64,000 bases of DNA from Histomonas meleagridis 2922-C6/04-290x (taxonomy: Eukaryota; Protista; Parabasalia). Within the stretch, counting starts at the first letter, position 1, and every line of letters starts with the position of its first letter. Below are positions 1 to 11,751 of this stretch, piece after piece. The position numbers were made by a program, and so were the translations under genes. The notes below the pieces were generated by a model that was given only the letters and a program-made list of their open reading frames with translations, had not been told where the DNA came from and did no database searches. The DNA is taken from the NCBI GenBank assembly GCA_020184695.1, contig JAANOX010000130.1, positions 173,873 through 237,872 on the forward strand, written 5' to 3'.

Positions 1-1065
1 CTTCTCATAAAAAAGATTAAAAACAGTAAAAATGTCGGCTTCGACATTCTCTAATGATAATATTTCATCATTAAGAGTTACAACATGTTCTTCATTTGCT
101 TCTTTGATATATGTGATAATGAATGTTGATAGAAGAGTTATCAGACCTTCAACATATGATGCATTATCCCAGTTATAAAAAGAAAGAGTAAGAAGGATAT
201 TAAAGGATATGCGTTGAACTATTTGAGGATTTGGAAAAGATTCGAAAAGTGATGAATATGAGTGAAGATCACGTTCAAGTAAACGAACAATAGATCGTAA
301 ATCAGGGTTATGACGCCACTGGTTCTTTGTTGTTGTTTGCCATTGCTTTTTGACCGTTTTGTAGAGAGAACGTTTATCGGCATCGTATTGAATTCTTTCG
401 GCGGTTGTCATTGAAGCATAACCGTCGAACAAGAGGAACTTCCACAACTGAGGCAAAAGTGTGCAATCGATATCGCGATTGTACAGCATGCTTGGGAATT
501 CTGAGTTGGTAATACGGCCATCTGAATCAAAGAGCAAAGAAAAATCATCTTTGGTAAATTGAGAGATTTCAGATTGTGAGGTAAAAATAAGATTCTGAGA
601 TTGAAGATCAGAAAGTAAAATGACTGACTGTCTTGGAGGAACTCTAGGGAGAATAGGAACCATATATGAAATAATTTGTGATGTTTCAAGAGAATCAATA
701 AGAAGGACATTTGGATTGAACCTAGAATGCTCGAGTCTAGCTTTTTGACAGATGCTATCAAAAAACGTACTAACATCATGGCTATTGTTGAAGTGAAAAC
801 GGCAATCAGCATTGGATCCGCGAAGAGAAATCAACAAGTCATTGTTAGAATCAACTTCTATTAAACAAAAATCACTTAGGTGGTAAACAAAATCTGGAAT
901 TTGAGCAATTTTCCGTTTTTCTTCATTTCCAACTGAAATAAGTTGTTCAGGGTAAAAAGAAACTGAAACATTTCCATTGGTAAACTGGAGCTTGAGGACC
1001 CCTGGAGTTTCTTCTGTTCCATCGGGGGCTAAACTAACATTAATTGTTGAATCAAGGAATGCCAT
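1..1065 (-). CDS. TBC (Rab-GAP) domain protein, TBC1D15/17-like; 3' end runs off the window; catalytic fingers appear substituted
   Basis: Manually translated open frame from ATG at 1065 to base 1 (355 codons, absent from ORF track): MAFLDSTINVSL...LWKFLL...YKTVKKQWQ...LLERDLHS...NILLTLSFYNWDNASYVEGLITLLSTF, matching TBC motifs LW.FLL, IxxDxxR and YxQG. Confidence 0.75.
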   Translation of the reverse strand, partial: MAFLDSTINVSLAPDGTEETPGVLKLQFTNGNVSVSFYPEQLISVGNEEKRKIAQIPDFVYHLSDFCLIEVDSNNDLLISLRGSNADCRFHFNNSHDVSTFFDSICQKARLEHSRFNPNVLLIDSLETSQIISYMVPILPRVPPRQSVILLSDLQSQNLIFTSQSEISQFTKDDFSLLFDSDGRITNSEFPSMLYNRDIDCTLLPQLWKFLLFDGYASMTTAERIQYDADKRSLYKTVKKQWQTTTKNQWRHNPDLRSIVRLLERDLHSYSSLFESFPNPQIVQRISFNILLTLSFYNWDNASYVEGLITLLSTFIITYIKEANEEHVVTLNDEILSLENVEADIFTVFNLFYEK

Positions 1066-1236
1066 TTTAGAAAACTGCTTCAAGAGAAAAAACGCCTGAT
1101 TTCACTTTTTGATAAAACACATAGAATTTATTATATGAGATGCATCAAAAAGTGAGCTTTGTAAGGTTTACACCGGGTTTAACACGTGTTGGTAAAATTT
1201 TTCTGAGTTTATTTGGCTGGATTCCTTTTTTTTGGA

Positions 1237-1629
1237 ATGCAAGCAAACACCATAAAATCTGATGAAATCAATAATATACAAGCTTACGATCAAAATGAAG
1301 ATTATATATCAAAATTAGAGTCACTTGAAGATATTATTTTTAATATTAATACTCAAAGCATCGATGAATCTGTTTCTGAAGTCTTTGGTTTATTTGATAA
1401 AAATTATCCATACACGTTTTTTTGTATTGTTTGCCGATTATTATATTTTTCATTTTTTTCTCAAATTCGGGATTTTAATGTTGATGCTTGTTTTCTGTTT
1501 TTAAAAGAATTTGGAAGAATTTATGAAGATATACTTAATTTGCAAATAGAAACATATTTTGCTGATTATATTGTTTCAGAAAGTTCACAAGAATCAAATT
1601 ATTTATTATTATTTAAATGTAGTAATTAA
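1237..1629 (+). pseudogene. Truncated N-terminal part of a DUF3447/ankyrin-type protein
   Basis: ATG at 1237. KLESLEDIIFNINTQSIDESVSEVFGLF..IVCRLLYFSFFSQ parallels NLEKIIQNLNEENIRTSVESIMGMF..TICRLIYSFFISQ of the 53042 ORF. Stops early where Maverick-like sequence begins. Confidence 0.55.
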
Positions 1630-1669
1630 ATTAACACAATTACCTATTTGAGTAAAACCATGAGTAAAT

Positions 1670-2422
1670 AATAGTAAATTATTAAATGTAGCATTAATTG
1701 AAGAATCTTCTGATAATTCTTTAACTTCTTTAATTTTACGTGGATATACTTGACACTATACTAAACCATTTTGTTTAACATAAAACTTTAATTCAATATC
1801 ACCAACTAATCTATTTGTGCATATGTCAAATGCTTGTAAAGCTAATATATCTTCAAATGGAAGATTCATCTCAAATTCGTTATCATGTTTATTTCCATCT
1901 GCAATTGTTTTCAAATCAACATAAGGACCACAAACAGATTGAGAATATTATGAAACATTTTCATATAGAGAATGTGTATATTTCCTAGTTTTCTTTTCAG
2001 CATTAGGTTTTATTTTATAAAATTGTTATAACAATAACCTTCACAAGAACATACAAGTCGTTGATAATTAGTAGAAATATTATTAGACATAATTTGTAAT
2101 TGATCTAATAATTGATTAGAACTCTTAAAACCTATAAATATTTTAGCTATAATTACTAGAATTATAAGCTTTTGATAATTGTACAGTTATCCTAATTATA
2201 TAATTAATAAAATATTCAGTTATTTGTGAAATCATATGATCATCATGTGTAATTCTTAGTCTAGTTTCTTGAGATTGATTATATCATGCATTTTGATCAT
2301 GACAATCTTCAGTTCTTAGAAATAAAAAAACGAGTACCATCATTTTTAGAAATTAAGTCTTTAAGACGAACAAAATAAGCTTCAACATTACCTTGATCAT
2401 TTTGTTCATTTTTAGATTGCAT
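1670..2422 (-). mobile_element. Maverick/Polinton major capsid protein pseudogene (5' part)
   Basis: From ATG 2422, with stops and frameshifts: MQSKNEQNDQGNVEAYFVRLKDLIS...KIFIGFKSSNQLLDQLQIMSNNISTNYQ...SQSVCGPYVDL...LPFEDILALQAFD...GDIELKFYVKQNGLV*CQVYP. Resembles trichomonad Maverick capsid families as recalled; clearly homologous to 48032-48404. Confidence 0.6.
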
Positions 2423-2744
2423 ATTATTATAATACATTAATAAAAATGAAAATATTTTTTCATAATTTATAAATGGACTGGGGTGTTTGAAATATAATTA
2501 AAAAAGGACTGAAAAAATTTCAGTTAAGTAAAGAACAACAAGAAAAATTTAACAAAAATGTGAAAAAAATGGTTAGAACATTAAATAAATTTATAGGCTA
2601 ATAAAAATAGAATTTTATAATATAAACCTAACGATAACATAATATCTAAAGATGTAACAGAAAAAGATAGGAATAAGAAAATATTACAGGATTTAATAAA
2701 TAGGCTACCTACAAAATAAGAAATAAAAAATAAAAAAAAAAATA

Positions 2745-3720
<976 letters not shown>

Positions 3721-3879
3721 CAATGAACATATTTTTATAATTATTTATGGCGTGAAGTCTGTGAAACAAATTCAAAAACGGAATGAAGAAAATAGGACGT
3801 TCATCGAATTTCGAATAAATAAGGTAATCAAATTATTGAGAAAATTGTATAAGTATACGAAAATCAAAAATGATTTTTG

Positions 3880-4030
3880 TAGCAAGCGGAGCGAGCTGAT
3901 GGTGGGGTTGGACCCTAGGGTCCCTGGGATTGTCCCGACCGCATTATCATATACCTACCGCTAAGCCCCATCTTGCGGGAGACGTTAATGGTACCTCCAG
4001 CCAAGATCATACCACCCAGCCGAAACATGT
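3880..4030. other. GC-rich island with a 14-bp perfect palindrome GGACCCTAGGGTCC (3910-3923); possible mobile-element terminus
   Basis: Sharp GC increase against AT-rich flanks, GCAAGCGGAGCGAGC motif, palindrome read directly. Confidence 0.35.
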
Positions 4031-4329
4031 TTTGTCACATAAACGGTCTCTTTGCTATTGTAATTGAATACTTTACAAATATAAATTCAATTAATTTTGA
4101 TCGGTAAAAAACGATACAAGAACGATGGTTATTTCGTAACATTTTCAAAAAGTGATCGGTGCCTTAGAAACAATTAAAGGAGGTATCTTATTGAGTCAAA
4201 TGAATTAATCATTGATTAATTATTGATTGTAATTTAATATAATTAGAATTTTCTATATTTAAAATTAATTTCGATAAGTTGATATATGTATAATTATAAT
4301 TGCAGATTATATATATTATTATTATTTAA

Positions 4330-4760
4330 CCACTTATGAGGGCATTAGAAATAGGTAACATAGAAATTGTTAAATTACTTATTAAACAAAAAAAAAATTA
4401 TAATTAATTCTAGAAATATTCAATGATTATATTTAAATTTTATATTGAGGTATTGATATATCAAAATTTTACTTGAAAATTATTTAATTTATCAAATACA
4501 GTACTTATTTTAGCATCTCAGAAAGGTGAAATAGAAATAGTTAAATTACTTCTTGAGCAAAAAGGAATTAAAATTAATATTAAAAATATTAATATATTCA
4601 GTTTATTATTTATCTTAATAATTTGCTGTTTCGAAATAATATATGGAAATCATTTAAATTATTTAAAACAGCACTTATAGTTGCATCTGAGAATGGTCAA
4701 GAAAAGGTAGTTGAATTTATCAAAATGAAGACGCTTCACCATGAATTAGAAAACTGTTAA
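4330..4760 (+). pseudogene. Ankyrin-repeat gene 3' part: three repeats separated by two 77-nt non-GT-AG spacers
   Basis: Blocks PLMRALEIGNIEIVKLL.. (4330-4420, A-run slip), TVLILASQKGEIEIVKLLLEQKGIKINIKNI (4498-4590), TALIVASENGQEKVVEFI..* (4668-4760). Spacers 4421-4497 and 4591-4667. Confidence 0.7.
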
Positions 4761-4909
4761 TTCATATTTCAATAACTAAGGCCTATTTCAATCCCACTTC
4801 TACAAAATGTTTCATATTTATGAAATAAAAATCTATAGTTATTAATAATATGTTAGTTTTAGGAGATTTTTCTCTCTGACCAGAGTTTCACATCACATGT
4901 CATATACAA

Positions 4910-5464
4910 ATGGAAGACGAACAAGAACCAAATGAAATTAAAGATAAATCAGGGCTTGTTTATCTTTCATCTATTCCACTTGGTATGAAAGCTTCCAAAG
5001 TGCGTTATATTATGAAACAATATGGACCTGTAAATAGAATTTATCTTCGAAAAGAACCTTTATGGAAGTATAAAAAACGACTGAGTAAAGGTGGAAAAAA
5101 AGGAAGAGTTTATGTTGATGGATGGATTGAATTTGAAAAAAAGTCAGATGCAAAAAATGTTGAAAAAGCATTGAATTCACAGACAACAGGTCTAAGAGGC
5201 CGATGGCAATACAATATTTGGAATGTTAAATATCTCCATGGATTTAAATGGACCCATCTTCAGGAAGCTTTGGAAAAAGAAAGAAAACAACATTTGGACA
5301 AATTCAAAGAAGAAGATCAAAAGGCGAAGGAAACAGCAAAGAAATGGCTTAAATCCACGAAGACATCATTAATTACCAAATCACATTCGAAAGCGCCAAA
5401 TCTTGAATCAGATGAAACCGAAAGTGAAGAAGAGGAAGAAGAAATAGAGCAAAATGAAAACTAA
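4910..5464 (+). CDS. ESF2: Pre-rRNA processing protein ESF2 / activator of basal transcription 1 (RRM-like)
   Basis: GLVYLSSIP..MK..KVR.IM.QYG.V.RIYL, GWIEF.KK..AK, WN.KYL.GFKW..L are ESF2/ABT1 motifs. Inr-like TCACA/TCATA just upstream; stop overlaps TAAA. Confidence 0.9.
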   Translation: MEDEQEPNEIKDKSGLVYLSSIPLGMKASKVRYIMKQYGPVNRIYLRKEPLWKYKKRLSKGGKKGRVYVDGWIEFEKKSDAKNVEKALNSQTTGLRGRWQYNIWNVKYLHGFKWTHLQEALEKERKQHLDKFKEEDQKAKETAKKWLKSTKTSLITKSHSKAPNLESDETESEEEEEEIEQNEN

Positions 5465-5743
5465 ATATTATTAAATATACATAATTGATATTTTAATTTT
5501 TGCAAATTGAATTCTGTTTGAAGCAATTGTACTTTTACACTGAAATGTGCTCAACAAATTAAGCAGAAATTTAAAAAAAGAAACATAATATGAAGAAATG
5601 TTATGAAATTATATCCAAAAAAACATGAATTTATGATTTCAATTTATGTGATCTTTCTTCCATTAATCTCATACATAGTGTTATGTTTCTAAGTTAAATA
5701 AAGAGAGAAATACATTAACATTTTACTAAACACATAAAAATAT

Positions 5744-7681
5744 TTATTCGATGTTTTCTTCATCATACAATTCCAATAAGCGCGATTCATATTTTGCCCT
5801 CAGCACTTGGTTCTTATTTTGTGTTGAGTCTTCATTTTCCTTTGATACCATTTGTATCAATTCTTGGTTTTCGAGAATCAGATTCAGAATATGTTCAGAA
5901 CTCCGCAAATTCATTGCAGTAGCACGTTCTTTAAGGTATCCGAGCATTTCGCGCTTTGCAATTTTACTATCGACAAAAGACGAAATTCCAAGTCGCAAAT
6001 CCCAATCTTTGATACATCGTTCAGTAGGAACTACCACTGCAACAGGATGGCTATGATGAGAATCAGCATAGACAAAGATAGATTTAACCCCATAGGCCTT
6101 GGAATAAATTTCGTGAAGATTTGATAATGATATGAATTCTCCATGGCTAAGTTTAACTACTTGTCTTACTCGGTCAATGATTTGTACTTGGCCGTCGGAT
6201 GTTAATATACCAATATCACCAGTGGCATACCAGCCATCAATAAAACTTTCTGATGTTTTTTGAGAATCGTGATAATACCCACTAAATAATGGTGGACCAC
6301 GAAACATTAACTCGCCTGAGGGAGATTCTGATCGTGGATCATAATTCATACCTTCAACGGCTCGGAATTTCATGTCAATTGAAAGTGAAACAGGCCCTAC
6401 TGAATTGTTATGTTGTGCACCTACTTCTTGAACACAACCAGATGCACATGTTTCTGTTAAGCCATAGCCCATTAATATATTGGGCGTAATAGCAGCACGA
6501 ATCAAATCGAAGACTTCAGAAATCAGGGGTGCCCCGCCGCAAATTAAAAGCTTTACTCTACCGCCAAGTAAATCTTTGAAACGCTTGAGTAAAACAATAT
6601 CAAGAAAGAAAGAATGTGGATCACCGCTCATTAAAGACTCGTTTTTGTATTTAAGAGTCCACGTTATGAAAGCCCTAACTAAGAAAGGTCGTTCCTTAAT
6701 GAATTCATTGATGGCGTCATAAATGCGATTAAATATTCGAGGTACACCGCACATAATAGTTGGCTGAAGTTCCTTACAATCAACAAAAATCTGACTGCTG
6801 GTGCCTGTGTAGAAGCCTATGCGAGCTCCTTGAACAAACATAATAAGCTGAGCGCTATACTCAAAGATATGAGCAAGTGGTAAGTAAGAAAAGTATGTAT
6901 CTTTGGTAGTAACTGAACATCGAATTGCTCCCAAGCAAGCTGAGCCTGCAATGATTGATTGATGCGTAAGGATACAACCTTTAGGTTTATCGTCCGACCC
7001 ATAATTGTACATTATCATGGATGTATCTTCTGGCGATGGGTAAAATCGTTGGAAATTTTTGTTTTCAATACCCATTTGAATGATATCATCAAATGCGTAA
7101 GATTCATTTGAAAAATGAGTAAATGTTATTTTTAACTCGACATCAATTTCTGAGAAAATTTCGTTTGTTTCTTTTGCATTTATACCATCAATTATTAATG
7201 CTTTGCATGATGCATGGGATATAATGTATTTTAATGACTTTCTCAATAATCCAGGAATTACAACTGGAATTGCTCCGATGAATTGAATTCCAAATTGTGA
7301 AATTTGCCATGGGATGCAAGACTTGGAATAAATTGCAACCTTGTCTCCATTCTTTATACCAAGAGATTGAAGTCCAGCAGCAAAGTTTAAACATTTCTTG
7401 TAAAATTCATTATATGAAATCCATTTAAACTTCCCAAAAGATCCATCTTTGAATAATGTTCTTTCTCCAACACAATCACGTTCTTTATATTTAAGCGCAC
7501 CACATTCTATTATTTCTGGGATTGTGCAAACAGAAGGAAGTGTTTGAAATGTTCTGATAGGTTCTCCAAAATTTTCGTTTAAACGATTAGAGTTTATGTA
7601 AATTCCACTTTCGTTTTCGTTAGTGGGAGGCGAAACTAGTGTACAATATGCATTTGGCGTTTTTGATGGTTCGCTCCCCAT
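5744..7681 (-). CDS. Long-chain acyl-CoA synthetase-like (AMP-binding) protein with degenerate P-loop
   Basis: YFSYLPLAHIFE, GYGLTET, GELMFRGP, GWYATGDIG and IIDR motifs present; P-loop reads YNYGSDDKPKG rather than YTSGTTGxPKG. Confidence 0.88.
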   Translation of the reverse strand: MGSEPSKTPNAYCTLVSPPTNENESGIYINSNRLNENFGEPIRTFQTLPSVCTIPEIIECGALKYKERDCVGERTLFKDGSFGKFKWISYNEFYKKCLNFAAGLQSLGIKNGDKVAIYSKSCIPWQISQFGIQFIGAIPVVIPGLLRKSLKYIISHASCKALIIDGINAKETNEIFSEIDVELKITFTHFSNESYAFDDIIQMGIENKNFQRFYPSPEDTSMIMYNYGSDDKPKGCILTHQSIIAGSACLGAIRCSVTTKDTYFSYLPLAHIFEYSAQLIMFVQGARIGFYTGTSSQIFVDCKELQPTIMCGVPRIFNRIYDAINEFIKERPFLVRAFITWTLKYKNESLMSGDPHSFFLDIVLLKRFKDLLGGRVKLLICGGAPLISEVFDLIRAAITPNILMGYGLTETCASGCVQEVGAQHNNSVGPVSLSIDMKFRAVEGMNYDPRSESPSGELMFRGPPLFSGYYHDSQKTSESFIDGWYATGDIGILTSDGQVQIIDRVRQVVKLSHGEFISLSNLHEIYSKAYGVKSIFVYADSHHSHPVAVVVPTERCIKDWDLRLGISSFVDSKIAKREMLGYLKERATAMNLRSSEHILNLILENQELIQMVSKENEDSTQNKNQVLRAKYESRLLELYDEENIE

Positions 7682-7728
7682 GGATGATTAAAACGGTTAT
7701 CGTCATTTCGGTGATAAAATTTTCATGT

Positions 7729-8197
7729 TAAAAAAATACAATAAAAACATCATTAAGCCTAATTTCTATAGTCAACTTGATTTGGTTATAACTTCAAGAA
7801 GATCTTAATTTTTAAAATCAATGTGAGTAAAATTTCAATTGATGAATAATATTCAAAATAATTATATCAATATAAATCGTTTAGTTAACAACATTTTTTG
7901 CCATCTTTATTAACTTCCAGCTTGCTACTAATTTGTACACTTGGTTCAGACGCAAGTCTATGCATACATTTTTAAATAATCTATCAACATTAAGCCCAGT
8001 AAGAGCTGATGTCTGGAAAAACGTAAAGTCATTTTCTTCAGCATATTTAAGAGCAGTAGCTTCATCAACTTTTGATGATCCTTGAACCAAATCAACTTTG
8101 TTTCCGACAAGATATAGGACTGAGCTTCTTCCAACAGAATTTTTGAATGCTTCAAGCCATTTTGGGATTCCTTCAAAAGTACTTATGGAATTTACAT
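7729..8197 (-). pseudogene. Recent partial duplicate of the Rab gene 3' half plus downstream region (copy of 15396-15865)
   Basis: About 470 bp near-identical to 15396-15865, with a few substitutions and a 1-nt deletion shifting the C-terminus. No 5' half. Confidence 0.92.
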
Positions 8198-9182
8198 TTA
8201 ATTTTGTTAGATGTTATTCATATAAACTTTTCTTCAAAAAAAATATTCCAAATTATATTCTTTTTCCAGCTACAATTTCTCAAAATATTGAATTTGTTAA
8301 ATATGTTCTTGACATTAGTAAAGAAATTAAAGACTATCCGAAAGATATTTTTTTTATTTTATAAAATATTTATTTTACGAATTTATTTTAAAAAAATGCT
8401 TTATGTCTATTTATATATTTTAATTATGTTCTGCTTTTTGCTTGCTCGATGGGTAATGCAGATATTGTTAAAATGCTTCTTGAACAAGAAGGGATTGATA
8501 TTAATATTAAAAATTTTTATTAGATTTATTTAAAATCTATAAAAATAACTTAATATATCATAATAATATTGGAAATTATTCTAAATATTTAAAACGCCAC
8601 TCATGATGGCATCTTTTAATGGTCACATAGATGTTGTTAAATTACTTCTTGAACAAGAAAGAATTGATATAAATGCTAAAGATATTTATTTGTTTTATTT
8701 GAAATTTATTTTAATAATTTGATATTTAAAAATGATATTTCAAAATTATTTGAAATATTTTTTTCATCACTTATGATAGAATCTTTATGTGGTCACACAG
8801 AAATAGTTAAACTTTTTCTTGAGCAAAAAGGAATTGATATAAATGCTGAAGATATTTACTTGATTTTTTTAAAGTTTATTTTTGATAATTTTATGATTCA
8901 AAATATTATTTGGATTCTATTTAAATTATATTTTATTGCGTTATGTATTGCATGTTTTTATGGTCAAGCAGAAGTAGTTAAAATATTTCTCCAACAAAAA
9001 AGTAACGATATCAATTTTAAAACTGTTTATATGCTTGATTTAATATTGATTTTAATAATTTAATTTACCAAAATTTTATACGGAAATTATTTGAATTGTT
9101 TGAAACACCACTTTCAATAGCATCAGAAAATGGTTATATAGAAACAGTTAAAATACTTATTTCTCATAAAAAAATTGGGTAA
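8198..9182 (+). pseudogene. 5'-truncated DUF3447/ankyrin gene with five 75-78-nt spacers between repeats
   Basis: ..VKYVLDISKEIKDYPKDI, then blocks 8425-8517, 8594-8686 (TPLMMASFNGHIDVVKLLLEQERIDINAKDI), 8764-8856, 8935-9027 and 9105-9182. Spacers 75, 76, 77, 78 and 77 nt. Confidence 0.72.
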
Positions 9183-9482
9183 TTGTTTTACCCACTAGTT
9201 CATTAAAAGTTTTAAGAGTTGATCGCCCCCGTAAGGATGTACCATCATATTTAATTCACCTGCAATTAATTTTTAAGATATTATCTTTATTTTTCGGTTT
9301 TTCTGATGAAATTTTTTTTTTCTTTTCGACCCAGCCCATTAGTGATAATAGTTTATGCATAAACCTATCAAAAACTTCGTATATCCTGCACAAATTGTCC
9401 GCGGTTATTATTTGGTCGGAGGTTGAGTAGTCAAAAAGTGACGGTTATTGTTCGGTCGCATGGCAAACTTTATTTTTTATAA

Positions 9483-9824
9483 ATGCTTAAACCTGTGACT
9501 AAAACGTATTTTCGTACTTCACAAAAAGAAAACCGTTTTTCCCCTGAATTTGTCGATTCACAAAATCCTAGATATATTGTAGTACAACAATGTAAGTGTA
9601 AATTTAAGGATTACTTAGTATCTGATGTTTCAATTCATGCTGATTTCATAGAACGTGATCATTATGAAGATTATTTTTGTATTTATACGAATGAAAATAG
9701 AACTAAATATAAGAAATATGAATATAAAAGTAGAAAACCAAATTTTAAAATATGATTTAAAGAAATGAATGGTAAAGAAATTGAACCAGAATATTTTATG
9801 TCAGAATTATTATTGATTTATTAA
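9483..9824 (+). pseudogene. Maverick minor-capsid-like small protein with one internal TGA
   Basis: YIVVQQCKC..VSIHADFIERDHYEDYFCIYTNE..KKYEY..NFKI*FKEMNGKEIEPEYFMSELLLIY*. The frame continues through TGA 9753-9755 where Trp is expected. Confidence 0.5.
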
Positions 9825-9845
9825 ATTAAAATCATTTTTTATCAA

Positions 9846-11751
9846 TGTTTAGTATTGAGAATGCTATGAAAGGTATAAAAACTAATGTTGTTACTGCTCC
9901 TGAAATTATTGATCAAGATGACTAACAAGAAGTTCCAGAAAATTATCCAACACATGATCAAATAACAGAAAAATTTGATAATTTAACTTCGATAACAATA
10001 TTTCAATTATATTATAACATATCACCATCAGATGAAAATATTCTACAAAAAGTCATACTCATAACACAATAAATAATGATTTAACAGTAAATGGGGATGT
10101 ACAAGTTACTTCATTATATGGATTTCAATCATCAACTGCAGATAGTGGTAAATGGGATACAAAATTATATGTACCTTCTATTATTACATTACAAGATGAC
10201 GGTGTTGTAGAAGTTGGTCAATATATTGATATGCATTATAATGCAAGTTATGATAAAAATGATACATATAGAATTACTGATAATACTAATTCATTAGATT
10301 TTAAATCAAAAACTGGTCCATCATCAAGTTTTGGAAGTAACGGGAATATTCAATGTGCGACTATAAATAATGTAGATACAACTAAAATATAGGGTGTCCA
10401 ACCCTAAGTGTAGCATCTCCATATGTGAGCATATTTAATTATCAATAAATATATATAAATAATATATGAATATAACATTTTATTTTTTATGAATATGAAG
10501 TTTCATAAAAAATTAGATATAATAAGATATTTGAACTTTTTCGATAGAAAATTGGCAAAAATATACGTTTAAAATTATCGAAAAGTTCAAAATGGAACTC
10601 GATCAGAAATCAATTGCGATTTTACAACACTTACAAGGGAAAAATAAAAAATCAATATATACAGAAATGAAATTGACTCTTCAAGATCAATGTATTCCAT
10701 CAATGTAAGTTTTTTCCCATTGATCTGTCATACACATAGTTAGAATGATATAACAGATATTTTTACAGCATCAAATACAGAAAATATAACATGTTCAACA
10801 ATTAATGGTTTTGCTTCAAATTCATATCCTTCATATTCGAATGTAGATATTAGTGTACCCTCAATTGCAGTTATTAAAAATGATGGTGTTTTAGAAACAG
10901 GTCCATATATAGATATGCACGATAAAAATTAATATGGTGCTGATTATACTTCTGATGATAATTTATTGATAAAACCAAATTAACAGATATATGGTTTCAG
11001 TTTTATTCAAGAAAAAGATATATTAGATTGTAATAGATTGAATGTCACAGAGATAACTTGTTATCACACTTATCCAAGTCTAATAGAAAAATCAGGAAAT
11101 ACATAAAAATTATTAGGGAGAATTTATACAGATAATACAATCAATTATACACAATATGGAAGATTATATTTTGATTCAGTGACAAAAAAGAAACAAAATG
11201 ATGATACTTATGATGATATGAGTGCTTCATCATATATTATTGCAACTACATATAGTACGTATGAAGGTGATGGATATATTGAACGAATATATACAACTAT
11301 TATTCATTATGCTCCTGTTACAGAAGATTTAACACAATTTCAAATTGGTTCACCAGTATTTTTAACAGGTAATGTTTATACTATAACCAATAAAGGTAAA
11401 TATGTTACAAATACTACATCAACTGATTGTATTCCATCAGTTAAAACTACAGGCACTTATAAAAAATATTTATGTATTTGTGTAGCTAAACATGTAACTG
11501 GATATAAAGCTTCAATAGGTGAACTTATTAAAAGAGAAGTAGAAATTTTACAAGATACTATTGATTACGCTTCACATGGAGATTTTTATTTTAGAGTAAA
11601 TAATACCGCAGATTATGAAATTGGTGATGTAATATTATTTGATGGTAATAAATTATCAGACGATTTAGTAATAACTACTAAAATATTAAATTCAATGGTT
11701 GGTAAAAAAACAGGAAAAATAGATGACCATTTATTAAGTGTATACAAATAA
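9846..11751 (+). pseudogene. Fragmented Maverick fibre/tailspike-like gene; intact C-terminal 190 codons (11179-11751)
   Basis: Thr/Asn-rich beta-like segments, repeated motif DDGVVEVGQYIDMH (~10197-10238) and NDGVLETGPYIDMH (~10880-10920), C-terminal IGSPVFLTG..DCIPSVK..ASHGDFYFRV domain. Confidence 0.45.

Noticed and set aside
408-812. 134-aa minus-strand ORF
   Set aside because: Off-frame shadow within the TBC gene.
9753-9755. TGA read as Trp (alternative genetic code), also at about 57435
   Set aside because: Intact genes use TGG for Trp and end in TGA (BspA, cullin). These stops are in decayed sequence, where TAG also replaces Trp.
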